Positions 11,349 through 21,292 are shown, counted from the first letter of the stretch. The stretch: 64,000 nt of DNA from Dehalococcoidia bacterium (GCA_040902555.1 JBBDXC010000008.1:34629-98628), one strand, 5' to 3'. The notes: a model not told the origin generated them from the letters alone. Program-made: numbers and translations.

Positions 11349-11771
11349 CTACTCGAGACGCATGTCTGAGGAGCTGGAAAGCCCGATCGACGTGCCGAGG
11401 CTGCCACCTGTGAAGGTCGACAGCATGGCGCCCAGCGGCGTGATCATCTGGTACTCGTAGTCGACGTCGACGATTACGGAATCGCCGGAGTCCTGGCCGC
11501 TGGGGAAGCTGACGACGATCGTAACATCGTCGCCGAAATCGCCGGCCGCGGTGCGGACCTTTTGCTGGATGTTGCCCGAAGGGCTGATCGAGCCGAAGCG
11601 GGCACCCTCACGAGACGCGTTGTTGATCGTGATGTAGGTCTGCAGGGCCCGCCCGAAATCAATAATTCCGAAAAGCATGATCAGCAGAAGGGGAAGGACG
11701 AGGGCGAACTCGACCAGGGCCTGGCCGCGCTCACCGCGCCGACTACCTGGTCGTCTGATCCGCATTTTCAA
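11349..11771 (-). CDS. tadE: TadE/TadG-like pseudopilin
   Basis: ERGQALVEFALVLPLLL...NASREGAR. Confidence 0.93.
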   Translation of the reverse strand: MKMRIRRPGSRRGERGQALVEFALVLPLLLIMLFGIIDFGRALQTYITINNASREGARFGSISPSGNIQQKVRTAAGDFGDDVTIVVSFPSGQDSGDSVIVDVDYEYQMITPLGAMLSTFTGGSLGTSIGLSSSSDMRLE

Positions 11772-11794
11772 TATGTGCCCTTCCTGAAAGAGGT

Positions 11795-11828
11795 AGAGGG
11801 CGGACCCGAGGCATCAGGTCCGCCCTCT
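11795..11828 (-). terminator. Strong stem-loop between flp and tadE (terminator/attenuator or mRNA stabiliser)
   Basis: AGAGGGCGGACC-N10-GGTCCGCCCTCT perfect 12-bp stem with a weak U-tract. Confidence 0.6.
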
Positions 11829-11842
11829 TGCTTCGTGACGGT

Positions 11843-12013
11843 TTACGCGCCGCCTAGGGCGGTCGTGACGTCGGTGAAGACCGTGTTAACCTCGTCGCCC
11901 AACAGACCCATGGTCGCGATGACGGCGATCGAGATCAGGACGAGGATCAGGGCGTACTCAACGAGGCCCTGGCCCTTTTCGCGGTTGATGATGTTGTACA
12001 GAAGGTTGGCCAT
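11843..12013 (-). CDS. flp: Flp family type IVb pilin (56 aa; missing from the ORF track)
   Basis: MANLLYNIINREKG|QGLVEYALILVLISIAVIATMGLLGDEVNTVFTDVTTALGGA; AAAGGAG RBS; G|xxxxEY motif. Confidence 0.95.
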   Translation of the reverse strand: MANLLYNIINREKGQGLVEYALILVLISIAVIATMGLLGDEVNTVFTDVTTALGGA

Positions 12014-12642
12014 TTTGGGGATTCTCCTTTGTTATGCGATGGGTTCAAGAGCTTGCTTCGGCTCCCGGTGCTGCTGCCATCAGTGGCCCGGTTGCCTCTT
12101 ACGTGCCGCGCCTCCGCCACCATGTGGTGAGCGTCTTGACGCCGCAGCAGGCGGGAATTCAGCGCGTTGCGCTGTTTCGAAACTTCTCCAGCCCATCACC
12201 TCCTCGTGGTCCCCTTGCGGGGTCGGGCTCTGCCGAGCTATTGCCAGGTTCCGGGGTGGCTTTTGAATCAACCCCTCGACCATTCGTTGTGATAGTCGGA
12301 GGCGGCGTCGGAAACTTTAGGCCCGTTTGTAAACTCTTTCCCCGGCCCCGAGTGCGGCGAGCCTCCCGCGCAGCGGGGTTTGTCCTGCCGGGGGAGGGTT
12401 GTGTGGCGTGCTTCCATAGGGAAGGTTGCCCGGGTTTATCGGCCGCAGATCTTCGAGCCGACATCGCAAACCTCCCGGCATCGGTGTTCGCGCCCGCCTT
12501 GGGACCGGCAATAACGCCCTCGAGTTCTCCCACTTGCGATCCGATCCGTAAGCGAAGGCCACTAGAGGGCGGCTGCAAGACGCCGCTACCCGAGATCCGT
12601 TGCTGTTGTCCGCCAGGCTCAGGAAGCGTGCTTGGCGCGAGG

Positions 12643-14670
12643 CTAGGAAGCCGGCGCGCCCTGCGCCGCGGCACCGCCATATGCCGGTGAGGACACCGGC
12701 ACCTCGAAGACGAAGAGGTGCTCACCGATGCGAATCTCATCTCCGCCCTCCAGCACCGCCCACTGCACTTCCCGGCCGCCGACGGTAACGAGGCCGGCGG
12801 CGACCTGGTGGAACATGTATTTGTCGTCCCGTGCCCAGATCCGCACCAGCTCGGGAGCTGTCTTCCAGCCCGGCAGGGCGACCTGTATAGTGGCGTCCGC
12901 CGTCGTGCCGATAACGGCCGAGCCGTTGCCAAGGAAGAAGGTCTTGCCGCGCAGCGGGCCCTCGACGGCGCGCAAACGGGCGGTCGCCCCGCGGGCCTGC
13001 TCTTCGTGGATCGACGGCAGCTGCGCAGGGGCTGCGGCCGGCGCCACGGGCTCATAGCTCTCGCGCATCCCCGGCGTGTATTCTTCGGGCCTTGCCGCGG
13101 CGCGCCTTCGCTGCCGCTTGTAGACCAGGTAGCCAACGACGGCGATGATCAGCAGGCCCACGGCCACGAGGACGAAGGGCATCATGCTTGCGCTGGCCGC
13201 CGCTGGGATGAATTCGAATGAGGCTTCGGCACTGATCTCCTCGCCATCGACCTCGGAGGACACCACCAGGTCGTTGCGGCCCTCGGCCAGCGTCGCCGGT
13301 ATAGCGAACACGTATGGCGGGCCGGAGAGCTGGTAATCCTCGCCGTTTAGGGTGACCTTGACGTACTCGGCATCCTTACCCTGGGCGAGGACCTCGACGG
13401 TCACCTGGTTGCCGGCGCGCAAGGTGCCCTCAGCACCGTCGACGATTAACCGCGGTGCGGCCTCGGGAATCTCGACAATGACCTCATAGCGCGCACGCCT
13501 GCCCTGGTCGTCAACCGCCTCGAACTTCAGGGCGTGGCGGCCGGGAGGGAAGCGCGCTGCGTCCAGCTCGTAGCTGAACGGCGCCTCCGTGAAGGACTCC
13601 TGCGAGGCGCCGTCGACATAGACGGTGACCTCGCTGATGCCGGCGCCTTCGACATTAGGCGATAGCGTCTGCTGTTCCACGGTCATCGCCCCGGGCTCGA
13701 AACTCGGCAGGGCGACCTGTGGCCCGCCTTCGTCGCCCGATGTCGAGAAGAGGACCTCAAATGTCGATGATGCGCTGAAGCGCCCGCCGGGCGTTTCTAC
13801 ATCGAGCGTGATTTCCTGGTCACCGACGCCCGGAGGCGCCTGGTAGCGAATGATGTACTCGCTGTTGAGCTGTTCAGCCACGGCGTCGTAGAGGCCGGGA
13901 AGCTGCGAAGGATCATCGGCGACAAAAGCCCGCCCGCCGCTCGCTTCGGCGATCAGCTCAGTAAAGGTCGTGTCGGCGCCCGAGCCGAGCGCGACGGCGA
14001 AGACAGGGATACCGACATCTCGTGCCTTGCCCAGGACTTCCTCGGGCTCGGGACCCCCGTCAGGGTCGTCATTGGCGCCGTCGCTGAGGAGGACGATGGC
14101 CTGGCGCGTCAGCCCCGATTGCTGGGCGAAGTCAAGCGACTGAAAGGCAGCCTCGTAAAGCGCCGTGTCTCCGCTTGGCTCGAGATTCTCGATCACCGCG
14201 CTGGCCGCAGCCTTGTCAGTGGTGAAGGTCTGCACTAACTGGACTGTGTCCGAAAAGGTGACGATGGCCACGAGGTCCGCCGCGGAGAGACCGGAGACGA
14301 ATTCAGACGCCGCCGCCTTCGCCGCCTCCATGGCCTCGCCCTCCATGCTCCCGCTGACATCGATAACCACGACGACTCCGGCGCCGACGTCGCTGTCGAT
14401 CGCCGCCTCAACGGAATCGACCGCCACGGCCTGGCCGTTCTGCGTGATCGTGAAGTTCTCCGCGGCGAGCCCGCTGACCGGGCTGCCAGCCTCATCAAGT
14501 ACCGGCGCATTGATCGTCACCGTCGGATAGGCCGAGGTGTCGATGTGCTCGATCTCGACGCCGCTGGCCGCGCCATCAGCGCCCGCGACTGAAACGACGA
14601 ATATAGTGAGGGCCGCGGCGACCGCCAGCCACCTCTTCATAGACAAAAGACTCCAGCCAGAAATGGGCAC
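12643..14670 (-). CDS. Membrane-anchored vWA domain / Ig-like / FHA-like protein
   Basis: Signal peptide, MIDAS DVSGS, T and D (GDTALY, LLSDG), Ig-like beta domains, TM helix with KRQRRR, C-terminal FHA-like fold (LEGGDEIRIG). Confidence 0.85.
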   Translation of the reverse strand: MPISGWSLLSMKRWLAVAAALTIFVVSVAGADGAASGVEIEHIDTSAYPTVTINAPVLDEAGSPVSGLAAENFTITQNGQAVAVDSVEAAIDSDVGAGVVVVIDVSGSMEGEAMEAAKAAASEFVSGLSAADLVAIVTFSDTVQLVQTFTTDKAAASAVIENLEPSGDTALYEAAFQSLDFAQQSGLTRQAIVLLSDGANDDPDGGPEPEEVLGKARDVGIPVFAVALGSGADTTFTELIAEASGGRAFVADDPSQLPGLYDAVAEQLNSEYIIRYQAPPGVGDQEITLDVETPGGRFSASSTFEVLFSTSGDEGGPQVALPSFEPGAMTVEQQTLSPNVEGAGISEVTVYVDGASQESFTEAPFSYELDAARFPPGRHALKFEAVDDQGRRARYEVIVEIPEAAPRLIVDGAEGTLRAGNQVTVEVLAQGKDAEYVKVTLNGEDYQLSGPPYVFAIPATLAEGRNDLVVSSEVDGEEISAEASFEFIPAAASASMMPFVLVAVGLLIIAVVGYLVYKRQRRRAAARPEEYTPGMRESYEPVAPAAAPAQLPSIHEEQARGATARLRAVEGPLRGKTFFLGNGSAVIGTTADATIQVALPGWKTAPELVRIWARDDKYMFHQVAAGLVTVGGREVQWAVLEGGDEIRIGEHLFVFEVPVSSPAYGGAAAQGAPAS

Positions 14671-14730
14671 AAGCCCTCTGTGGATATGTTCGGCAGGTTG
14701 GCCGTGCGCTAGCAGCCCGCTGAGCGTTCG

Positions 14731-14768
14731 TCAGGCCGAAGTCAGGCCGAAGTCAGGCCGAAGTCAGG
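14731..14768. repeat. 11-bp tandem repeat (TCAGGCCGAAG x3 plus partial) overlapping a stop codon
   Basis: Read directly at 14731, 14742, 14753 and 14764. Confidence 0.9.
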
Positions 14769-15282
14769 GCGTCGCCGTGGGAGTTATCTCGGAGGGCGCG
14801 TCCTCGGGCTGGACGATCGTGACGCTGACTTCCGCCGGGTTGGCGACCGTCCCGTCGGTAGCCGTGGCTTCGGCGACAAGGACGAATTCGCCGGTTTCCT
14901 CGGGTATGAAAGGAAACTGGACGACGGTATCAGTTACGGCGTCTCCGTCGCTGCCGGACACCTGGCTGTTCAGCACCTCGGTGCCGCCCTCGACGAAGAA
15001 GCGCACCTCGGCCACACCCTCGGGGTGGCTCACATGGACTTCGATCACCTGCGGCTCGGCCGCCAGCATGTCGCCGTCCTCGATCTCAACAAACTCGATC
15101 TCTGGCCTGACGAATTGCGCGGCGTCATCGTCGTCGCCGACGATGGGCAAGGCGTTGACAACGTCGTCATCGTCGTCCGTCAAAACAAAGCTGACCAGCA
15201 GGGCCGCCGCCGCGACGGCCGCAGCCAGGCAGATGAACATCAGGACAAGCCAGGGCAGACTACGACCGCTCGATACTGTCAT
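14764..15282 (-). CDS. Membrane-anchored Ig-like domain protein
   Basis: N-terminal TM helix, acidic linker, beta-sandwich (VAEVRFFVEG...FVLVAEATATDG). Confidence 0.7.
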   Translation of the reverse strand: MTVSSGRSLPWLVLMFICLAAAVAAAALLVSFVLTDDDDDVVNALPIVGDDDDAAQFVRPEIEFVEIEDGDMLAAEPQVIEVHVSHPEGVAEVRFFVEGGTEVLNSQVSGSDGDAVTDTVVQFPFIPEETGEFVLVAEATATDGTVANPAEVSVTIVQPEDAPSEITPTATP

Positions 15283-15356
15283 GGGGATAGATCCACTCTA
15301 GAAGCGCCCCTTCGAAGGGTCTACGCGCAGGAGCCAGCATCCGCCGCCGGTTAGCA

Positions 15357-15935
15357 TTGGCTGCGAACGTGGTCAGGATCAATCGCGTCTATACCCGCGC
15401 TGGCGACAAGGGCGACACCGCCCTCGGCGGAGGCCAGCGCGTCCCCAAGGACTCCCTGCGCATCGACGCCTACGGCACCGTTGACGAGCTCAATTCGGTC
15501 GTCGGCCTGGCCATCACGTCCGGCCTGAACGAAGAGCTCACGGCCGCTCTGCTGATTGCTCAGCAGGAGCTGTTCAACCTCGGCTCCGACCTGGCGATCC
15601 TGCAGTCCGACAAGGAGCGCTTGCAGGTCCCCACGATCGAAGCCCGGCACGTCAAGCGCCTGGAGACGTTGATCGATGGCTGGAACGAAAAGCTGGAGCC
15701 CCTGACCAGCTTCATCCTCCCGGGCGGCTCCCCAGGCGCCGCCTATCTCCACCTCGCACGCACGGTCTGCCGGCGCGCCGAGCGTCGCGTCATCTCCCTC
15801 TCGCGGGAGGAGCCCGTCGGCCCCTATGTGATCCCCTACCTCAACCGCCTCTCCGACGCGCTGTTCGTCATGTCCCGCTTCGAGAACCATACGCGCAGCA
15901 TCGCCGAGCCCCTCTGGGACAGCCGCGCCTTTTAG
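15357..15935 (+). CDS. pduO: ATP:cob(I)alamin adenosyltransferase, PduO type
   Basis: [43 protein letters not shown]. Confidence 0.95.
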   Translation: MAANVVRINRVYTRAGDKGDTALGGGQRVPKDSLRIDAYGTVDELNSVVGLAITSGLNEELTAALLIAQQELFNLGSDLAILQSDKERLQVPTIEARHVKRLETLIDGWNEKLEPLTSFILPGGSPGAAYLHLARTVCRRAERRVISLSREEPVGPYVIPYLNRLSDALFVMSRFENHTRSIAEPLWDSRAF

Positions 15936-16805
15936 TCAGGGCAGCCCCAGGCTATCCATCAGATCCCTGATCCCTTCATCCACGTGCCGCTGGCCCCCGC
16001 CATAGAGCCCGTAATGAATCTGATGCATCGGCCGAATCCAGCGGTCGAACTCGACGCGTTGCAAGAGCGTCGGGTCCTGCGGGCCTCGATACAGGCCGAG
16101 CACGCGGCGACGGAACGAAGGATCAAAGCCGGCGAAGTCAAGCGCTATGTCGCCGACTGTCGCGTCGCCCCAGTCGATAACCGCGGTCACGCGCCAGCTT
16201 GCATCCATCAGGATGTGATCGAGGTTCAGGTCCGCGTGGATAAGCCGCAGGTCGGTCGGAATCTCCATCGCCTTCATGAACTGGTCCCAGCGGTCCTCGA
16301 TCGCCACGCGCTCCTCGGCCTCGAAGATCGGGAACATCTCGATGCGCCAGCGGTCGCGCAATAGCCAGTAGCGACCATCCTCCGGCCTCCGCGCGCCAAT
16401 CAACCCCTCAGCCTGCTCTAACGGAAAGTCGTGGAGTGCGCTGAGAAAGCCGGCGATGTCAGCCGCTGCCCGCTCAACCTGGGCCCCGGAAAGACCAGCG
16501 GTCGAGAAAGGCGCGCCCGGCAGGAAGTCGTGGGCGATGAAGCTCGGTACTGCGCCGCTCTCGTCGATTGCAATGTATCGTGGCACCGGCACGGCCAGCG
16601 GCAAGGCTACCCCCAGCTCCGGTAGCAGCCGCGCTTCCTTGAGGATCCGCTCGTGGCCCCCAGCCTGAAGCGTGAAGCGAAAGACGAGGGCTTCGTTGAC
16701 CAGCCAGGCGTCGCTGTCCCATCCCGCGCCCAGGTGCTCGACTGTGGCGATCTCGATCTCGGGATACGAGGCCAGGATGCGGGCGCGAACCTCTGCCGCT
16801 TCCAT
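15936..16805 (-). CDS. Aminoglycoside phosphotransferase-family (APH/choline kinase-like) protein
   Basis: LGAGWDS, Brenner motif LIHADLNLDHIL, VIDWGDA. Confidence 0.85.
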   Translation of the reverse strand: MEAAEVRARILASYPEIEIATVEHLGAGWDSDAWLVNEALVFRFTLQAGGHERILKEARLLPELGVALPLAVPVPRYIAIDESGAVPSFIAHDFLPGAPFSTAGLSGAQVERAAADIAGFLSALHDFPLEQAEGLIGARRPEDGRYWLLRDRWRIEMFPIFEAEERVAIEDRWDQFMKAMEIPTDLRLIHADLNLDHILMDASWRVTAVIDWGDATVGDIALDFAGFDPSFRRRVLGLYRGPQDPTLLQRVEFDRWIRPMHQIHYGLYGGGQRHVDEGIRDLMDSLGLP

Positions 16806-17080
16806 CAGAGGCCGTGCGGCCGCTCGGGCAGCCCCGAGAGCCGGGCATAGAGGGCGTCCCGCACCTCTTTGATCACCGGATCGCGGCCGGCCGCGTGACG
16901 CGAGAAGATCATCTCGTCGTCAAGTTTGATATCGAGAACTCCGCCTGAACCGGGGACGATCATGACGCCGGCAATGTGGCCGGAAAAGGTGTGCAGAAGC
17001 TCCTGCGCCAGCCAGGTCGCGCGGGCCTCGAAGCGGCAGAGCGTGCAATAAGTAATGGTAAGGGTGGGGCGTGGCTCCAC
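16805..17080 (-). CDS. Rdx (SelT/SelW/SelH) family thioredoxin-like protein
   Basis: ITYCTLC..RATWLAQELL, PGSGGVLDI. Confidence 0.9.
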   Translation of the reverse strand: MEPRPTLTITYCTLCRFEARATWLAQELLHTFSGHIAGVMIVPGSGGVLDIKLDDEMIFSRHAAGRDPVIKEVRDALYARLSGLPERPHGL

Positions 17081-17138
17081 GAACTAGAGTCTATTGCAGC
17101 GCCGCCGGCCGGGCGGCGACGAGAGGAAGAGGCAGTCC

Positions 17139-18311
17139 GTGACCGTTGACCTTGACAAGGCTAAGAAGCGCGCGGCGTCGGCCGTAGAGGGCGAGCGCAA
17201 GCGGCTGGTCGAAACCAGCCTGGCCATCCACGAGGACAACGAGCTCGGCTTCAAGGAGGTCCGCAGCTCGGCCCGGCTTGCCGACCTGCTCAAGGATTGG
17301 GGCTTCCGCGTCGAGAAGCCGGCCTACGGCATGGAGACGGCCTTCCGGGCCGAGTGGGGCGAGGGCCCTTTGACCATCGCCTACTTCTGCGAGTATGACG
17401 CCCTGCCCCAGATCGGGCACGCCTGCGGCCACAACCTGATCGCCACCTGCGGCGCTGCCGGCGCTTTGGGGCTCAAGTCGGCTCTCGACCCAAGCGCGGT
17501 GCGCATCATCGTCTTCGGCTCACCGGCCGAGGAGGGTGGCAGCGGCAAGGTCAAGATGATTACAGGGGGTTGCCTCGAAGGCGTCGACGTGGCCCTGATG
17601 GCCCATCCCAGCGCCGTGGACATCGACACGCCGACGATGTTCGGCGTGGCGCGCCTCGACGTTGACTACCGCGGCAAGTCGGCCCACGCCAGCGCCGCCC
17701 CGGAGGCTGGGGTCAACGCGCTGGACGCCTTCATGATCGGCTACCAGGCCGTCGCGGCCCTGCGCCAGCACATCCGCCGCGACGCCCGCATCCACGGCAT
17801 CATCACCGAAGGCGGCGCCGCCCCCAATATCGTCCCCGAGCACACCGCCGGCCGCTTCTATGTACGCGCCCTGCACCCCGGCTACCTGGAGGAGCTAAAG
17901 GAGCGTGTGCTCAACTGCTTCCGCGCCGGGGGCCTGGCCACTGGCTGCGAGTTCACCTACGTCTGGGCCGACGATTCTTGCGACCCCGTGCGCAGCAACA
18001 AGCTGCTCGCCGGTATCTACCGCGAGAACGCGGAGGCGCTGGGCCGCAACTTCATCGACCGCGCCCGCGACATCAGCGGCGGCTCAACCGATATGGGAAA
18101 CGTCAGCCAGCTCGTCCCCTCGATCCACCCGATGTTCGGCATCGGCGGCAGCGCCATGAACCACACGCCCGAGTTCACGGCCGAAGCCGCCGCACCCCAG
18201 GCCCAGGAGGCGATGATTGCGGTCGGCAAGGCCCTGGCCATGACAGGGATCGACCTGGTCCACAAACCCGAGCTGGTCGACGCGGCGAAGGCCGAGCTCC
18301 GGGGAATGTAG
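17139..18311 (+). CDS. M20 family amidohydrolase (PM20D2/AbgB-like)
   Basis: EYDALPQIGHACGHNLIA, GSPAEEGG, HASAAPEAGVNALDA, GSTDMGNVS. Confidence 0.92.
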   Translation: MTVDLDKAKKRAASAVEGERKRLVETSLAIHEDNELGFKEVRSSARLADLLKDWGFRVEKPAYGMETAFRAEWGEGPLTIAYFCEYDALPQIGHACGHNLIATCGAAGALGLKSALDPSAVRIIVFGSPAEEGGSGKVKMITGGCLEGVDVALMAHPSAVDIDTPTMFGVARLDVDYRGKSAHASAAPEAGVNALDAFMIGYQAVAALRQHIRRDARIHGIITEGGAAPNIVPEHTAGRFYVRALHPGYLEELKERVLNCFRAGGLATGCEFTYVWADDSCDPVRSNKLLAGIYRENAEALGRNFIDRARDISGGSTDMGNVSQLVPSIHPMFGIGGSAMNHTPEFTAEAAAPQAQEAMIAVGKALAMTGIDLVHKPELVDAAKAELRGM

Positions 18312-19219
18312 TGGATGTCTTCGATGTCTCTCTCCGTCTCTTCGCAGCCTGGCTGAACGACCGCGAGGGCCGCGAGGCAGGTCCCCATGAACAAGCCGGG
18401 GACCTCTATCGAGTCCCCTCACCCGCAGGCGACCTGGCGGTAATGGTGGAGCCTCTATTCGAGACAGGCGGAGATGAGTGGCGAGGAAAGAAGGCCAGCG
18501 TCGAGGAGCAGCTTGGGGCGTCGCTGGAGAATGGTTCCTACGCTCTCTGGGTGCCACCCGGCGCGGATCTTCCGCTCGACGAGCCGGGTCGCAGTGAGTT
18601 CATCTTCCGCGTCAAAATGGCGGCCGCCCGCCTGCAGGCCGGCAAGCGCGTTGATCTAAAGGTCCCGGTGACGCTGGGCGTCCGCAAGCAAGACGACGAG
18701 GGCTCCTATGTGTCGGCGCTGGGTGGTCTCCAGCCGGTCTGGTCGTGGTTCACCGGCCAGGTCAGCGGCGTCTATACGGTCGACGCCCGCTCGCTGACCC
18801 GCCTGCCGGAAGACAAAGCGGAGCGGGAGCAGATCGTTGCCGCGATCACGGAAAGCATCGCGGGGATGAAAAAGGACGACCGACTTGAGGTAGCAGCCGA
18901 GGATTCGTGGACGCTGCAGCGCCTCGCCGGCGCTGCCGGCTTCGCAATCGTGGCGCAGCCGTCCGCTGCACCCGGCCCTGAACACGAGGTCCGCAAGCGT
19001 GTGCGCCGCCTCCTGGCCACCGCCGCCGAAAAACTCACGGGCGTCGAAGGGCAAAAGGCCCTGGTCCTGCCAGCCCTCTATCTCTACGCCGCGGAGGAAA
19101 ATGTCAGCACCGCCGTCAGGGGCTTCGACCCCGCCCTCTACGCCGCCCTGGACTACATCGTCCTGGTAACCGACGGCGCCGTGAAACCGATAATCGCCCC
19201 ACCCGCGCCGGCCCGGTAG
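18311..19219 (+). CDS. Hypothetical protein overlapping the M20 gene stop codon
   Basis: GTG 18311 overlaps the upstream TAG; host-like codon usage; no recognised motif. Confidence 0.7.
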   Translation: MDVFDVSLRLFAAWLNDREGREAGPHEQAGDLYRVPSPAGDLAVMVEPLFETGGDEWRGKKASVEEQLGASLENGSYALWVPPGADLPLDEPGRSEFIFRVKMAAARLQAGKRVDLKVPVTLGVRKQDDEGSYVSALGGLQPVWSWFTGQVSGVYTVDARSLTRLPEDKAEREQIVAAITESIAGMKKDDRLEVAAEDSWTLQRLAGAAGFAIVAQPSAAPGPEHEVRKRVRRLLATAAEKLTGVEGQKALVLPALYLYAAEENVSTAVRGFDPALYAALDYIVLVTDGAVKPIIAPPAPAR

Positions 19220-19403
19220 GGAAGCAAGCCGTTATCCCCTTTCGTCCTCCAGGGAGGTGGCGCCGGCCATAGCCAAATCGCGCGCCACTCCGCGTGGTGA
19301 ACCCGCGTAGTCCGCTCGGCCCGCGGGCAAACCCGCACCGCAACTTCTCTCTTTACCTGCCGATAATCTATGCGCCCGCCACAATCTGGTATTTGTAGAG
19401 CAA

Positions 19404-19595
19404 GTGAATATGCTCCGCATCTGGCAAAGGCAATCGCAGGTAGCCCAGAAAGCCGCCAGGGCCGCCACCCTCCCCCGCCGTGTCTTCAGGGCCGGCCGCG
19501 ACGTCGTCGCTGCCGTAGGGGCCGGTGTCGTCCTCGGCGCTATCGGCTGGGAGCTGCTCGAGCAGAAGACCCGCGGCTACTGGACCAACCTCTAG
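19404..19595 (+). CDS. Possible small membrane protein
   Basis: Basic N-terminus, one hydrophobic segment ([16 protein letters not shown]); GC-rich third positions in the 3' half. Confidence 0.4.
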   Translation: MNMLRIWQRQSQVAQKAARAATLPRRVFRAGRDVVAAVGAGVVLGAIGWELLEQKTRGYWTNL

Positions 19596-21292
19596 AGCGA
19601 GCGGATCGCCAGGTCCAGAACCCGCAACGGGGTCAGGGCGACGTCGTCCACGTCCTCCGTTGTCCGCAGTAGGGCCGATAGATTGGCGTCGAGGTCCTGC
19701 TTCAGGATCTCCATGACCCGCACCGTCGCTTCGGCGGGCTCCGATGGCAGGTTGGGTGTCACTCTCAGCGCGTAGCGCATGATCGGCTCGTCAATCACGG
19801 GGATCAGCGCCGGGCGCTTCTTATGCAGAATCTTCGTCGCCCGCGAGAGCCCGATGCCCGGCGCAACCGTTGCCCTGATCAGGCTGCGCACGGCGTCCCA
19901 GGGAATCTCCGCTGCCGGCTCGGACAGGGCGGCGCCGGCCTTGATGCCGTTCAGCGCTTCGCTGATTTGGTGATCGCGCTGAGCGAGGATGTCGATGATC
20001 TGCGGCGAGAAGCCGGGGATTAGCGGCGCAGCAGCCTGCAGCTCCGGCGAGCGCAGGGCGTTGTCGGCGCCCACGCCGACCAGGTCGTACTGCGCCAGCT
20101 CCGGCTGCTTCTGGTAGGTTTCGCGCAGCGCGTCGAGCAGGTTGCTTATGCGGGCGCCGGTCTGCAGGGTCAGCGAGCCGCGCCCAATCTCGGCCGAGAG
20201 CGGCGCCGGCTCGCCTTCGGTCGCTGAAGGTTCGGCCTCCGTTACGGTTGGGATCACGCCCGGCCAAGGGCGGACGGTTAGCTCATCGCTCGGTGCCTCG
20301 GTCGGCAAGCCCTCCGCGATTGGTGACTCGAGCGAGTCGTAGACCGACTCCGGCGCGGAAGCTGCGCTCTGCCACGAGTCTTCTTCGTCCGCCTCGAAAG
20401 ACTCTTCCTCTTCGCTGTCAGCGATGCCGGCGGTCGTCGCTTCCTCCAGGTCGTCAGCCTCCGGCGCGACATCGGCTGCGGGTGGACCGGGCCCGGCGCC
20501 AGCGTCGTCCGGGTCAAACCCGGCCTCGCTCGGCAGATCGATGGCGACCTCCGTCCACTCAACGGTGGGCGGCGAGACTTCGTCAGCTGGCGTTTCAGTG
20601 GCGGGCGACTCCTCTCCCGCCATTTCGAGGGCCGCCGCAGCCTCTGGCTGCAAGCCCTCGTCGTCGCTCGCCACGGGGCTCCACCCCGCTGCCTCTTCCG
20701 CCGCCGGCTCCTCCTCAGCGGGCTCCTCGGCAGGTTCATCCCCGTCTGGCTCTTCCTCGGCTGGCTCCATGCCTGCCGGCGCCGCCAGGGGGATAGCTTC
20801 GCTCTCGGGCCCATAGCCCTCGGCGAAATAGTCGCCCGAGCGGCCTCCCGACTTGGCGAGGAGGCGAATGTCGCCAATGCGCATCGCGCGGTCGGAAGAC
20901 TTCAGCATGTCGTAAACCGTGAGCGCTGCGACGCTGACCGCCGTCAGCGCCTCCATCTCGACGCCCGTCTGGGCATTGGTGGCCACAGTTGCCTCGATGA
21001 CAATGGCCGAGTTGTCGGCGTCCGCTTCAACGCTGACATCAACCAGCGTCAAAGGAAGTGGGTGAGTGAGCGGGATCAACTCCGCGGTGCGTTTGGCCGC
21101 CATGATCCCCGCCAACCTTGCCGTGATGAGGACATCGCCCTTGGCAGCCGTACCCGAGGTGACCAGCGCGAGGGTCTCGGCGTTCGTCTGGACGGTGCCG
21201 CGGGCGGTAGCCCGGCGCTGGCTCGCGGGCTTGTCCGAAACGTCGACCATTCGCGGCGCGCCGGACTCATCAAGGTGAGTCAGCTCGGTCAT
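19592..21292 (-). CDS. moaC: MoaC (cPMP synthase) fused via a long acidic linker to a DUF6308-like C-terminal domain
   Basis: [43 protein letters not shown]; then about 250 aa E/A/P-rich; then [23 protein letters not shown]. Confidence 0.85.
   Translation of the reverse strand: MTELTHLDESGAPRMVDVSDKPASQRRATARGTVQTNAETLALVTSGTAAKGDVLITARLAGIMAAKRTAELIPLTHPLPLTLVDVSVEADADNSAIVIEATVATNAQTGVEMEALTAVSVAALTVYDMLKSSDRAMRIGDIRLLAKSGGRSGDYFAEGYGPESEAIPLAAPAGMEPAEEEPDGDEPAEEPAEEEPAAEEAAGWSPVASDDEGLQPEAAAALEMAGEESPATETPADEVSPPTVEWTEVAIDLPSEAGFDPDDAGAGPGPPAADVAPEADDLEEATTAGIADSEEEESFEADEEDSWQSAASAPESVYDSLESPIAEGLPTEAPSDELTVRPWPGVIPTVTEAEPSATEGEPAPLSAEIGRGSLTLQTGARISNLLDALRETYQKQPELAQYDLVGVGADNALRSPELQAAAPLIPGFSPQIIDILAQRDHQISEALNGIKAGAALSEPAAEIPWDAVRSLIRATVAPGIGLSRATKILHKKRPALIPVIDEPIMRYALRVTPNLPSEPAEATVRVMEILKQDLDANLSALLRTTEDVDDVALTPLRVLDLAIRSL

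Noticed and set aside
12230-12450. c-di-GMP-I riboswitch or sigma28 promoter upstream of flp
   Set aside because: Only fragments match (AAAAGCC..CCGG; GCCGATAA). The GNRA P2/GAC context and the TAAA -35 box at the correct spacing are missing.
15936-16805. Aminoglycoside resistance gene
   Set aside because: Only the generic APH/kinase-fold motifs are present, in a housekeeping context.
16805-17080. Selenoprotein
   Set aside because: The motif is CxxC with Cys codons; there is no in-frame TGA.
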